DNA of 63,640 nucleotides, counting the filler, from Choristocarpus tenellus KU-1152 (Eukaryota > Protista > Phaeophyceae): assembly GCA_964200185.2 (NCBI GenBank). It is 11 parts of 11 records of this genome, joined end to end, with 100 filler letters (N's around TTAATTAATTAA, not from the genome) between each part and the next. Parts side by side here need not be neighbours in the genome. Positions count along the whole stretch, not along the records: positions 61,109 to 63,640 come from CAXNAD020027005.1; 10 more parts are not named here. One strand, 5' to 3'. The translations under genes were made by a program, and so were the position numbers. Within the stretch, counting starts at the first letter, position 1. Every line of letters starts with the position of its first letter. A model generated the notes under the pieces. The model was not told the origin of the DNA and did no database searches. It saw only the letters and a program-made list of their open reading frames with translations. Below, in pieces: positions 62,807-63,640 of the stretch.

Positions 62807-63640
62807 CTGTACAAAGAAAGCCATGCAAGGCGCACAAACCCGAGAGCAAAGTTGCAAAAGGCATTACACAAAATATGCAAAGGTTGAAGTACGTGGTATT
62901 ACATGATCTCCATGAACTTTCAAGCAACCCTCATCAAGTGTGCCACCCATTTCTCAAACACTTGGGAGTGCATGCTCGAGGTGGGCAGTGAGTGAGCTTT
63001 GACTCGATAACCTGCCCCATGTGCAACACATACATACACATGCATAATATGTGTATGTGTATCATTGTTTGTGTTCTATGGATCTATGCATGCGTTTGAT
63101 TTGCCAAGTGAAGCGCACCTTACATTACGTTCTAATACCAAGTAGGTGGACTTTCCCCCCCCCTCCTTTTGATCGTTAAACCATGTTTCTACTTCAGTAA
63201 TTAAGGTGGAAGGAGTACCCCTGTTTAAAATGAAGTTGCAATACAAGGTAGTGTTTCAGTGCAATCTGAAAGTATAGAGCCAGACAGATGGTAGATTTTT
63301 TTACTTACTGAAAAAAGAAAAGGAACAATGCGTTATGCTACACATACAGAATTGCAACTTGATGTAATGCCATGGGTCTGCAGATCGCACAACACAAAAG
63401 AGGGAGTCTATGCCTGACACAATTAATATTTATCGGTTCATACATAACCAACTCTCCCACTTTCCCCCTCTACATATATATATATGCTACTGAAAAGAAA
63501 AATGAACGGTAGACTATCAATCTTGCAATTATCCTCTTTGATCTAAGGGAGATTAAATCACCAAATATTTATTTGAAGAGGAAACAAGTACATTGTCATG
63601 CACTCCAAAGGGTCGAAGTATTTGGGGGGGGGGGGGGGGC

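Overview
This is intron-rich eukaryotic nuclear DNA. The TTAGGG-type repeats, gene style and LINE remnants suggest a stramenopile, probably brown-algal-like (inference). The window is not contiguous: ten artificial 100-nt spacers (44 N + TTAATTAATTAA + 44 N) join 11 contig pieces, so adjacency across spacers means nothing. Reading GT-AG exons by hand gives two apparently complete genes: a 7-exon secreted CAP/SCP/PR-1 protein (1462-3599, +) and a 5-exon ARM-like protein with a hydrophobic C-terminal tail (37157-40519, -). Partial genes encode eIF3j, a small SET-domain protein, SWC6/ZNHIT1, a PH+DEP protein, a Gly/Gln-rich protein and three unassigned proteins. Non-coding DNA is dominated by three related MITE families (A, B, C) that share a terminal motif and 4-bp target-site duplications (TSDs). 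It also holds a ~1.08-kb TIR element with an internal fold-back and a relic ORF, a decayed KDZ-like transposase region and RLE-type LINE 3' ends. The most interesting signal is dozens of short interstitial (TTAGGG)n tracts. In three MITE copies, at both opposite ends of the element, the same TIR site CTTAG|AGGGTA has become CTTAG-GGTT-AGGGTA. This is the footprint expected if telomerase repeatedly writes telomeric repeats into internal breaks. Most ORFs in the supplied track are spurious.
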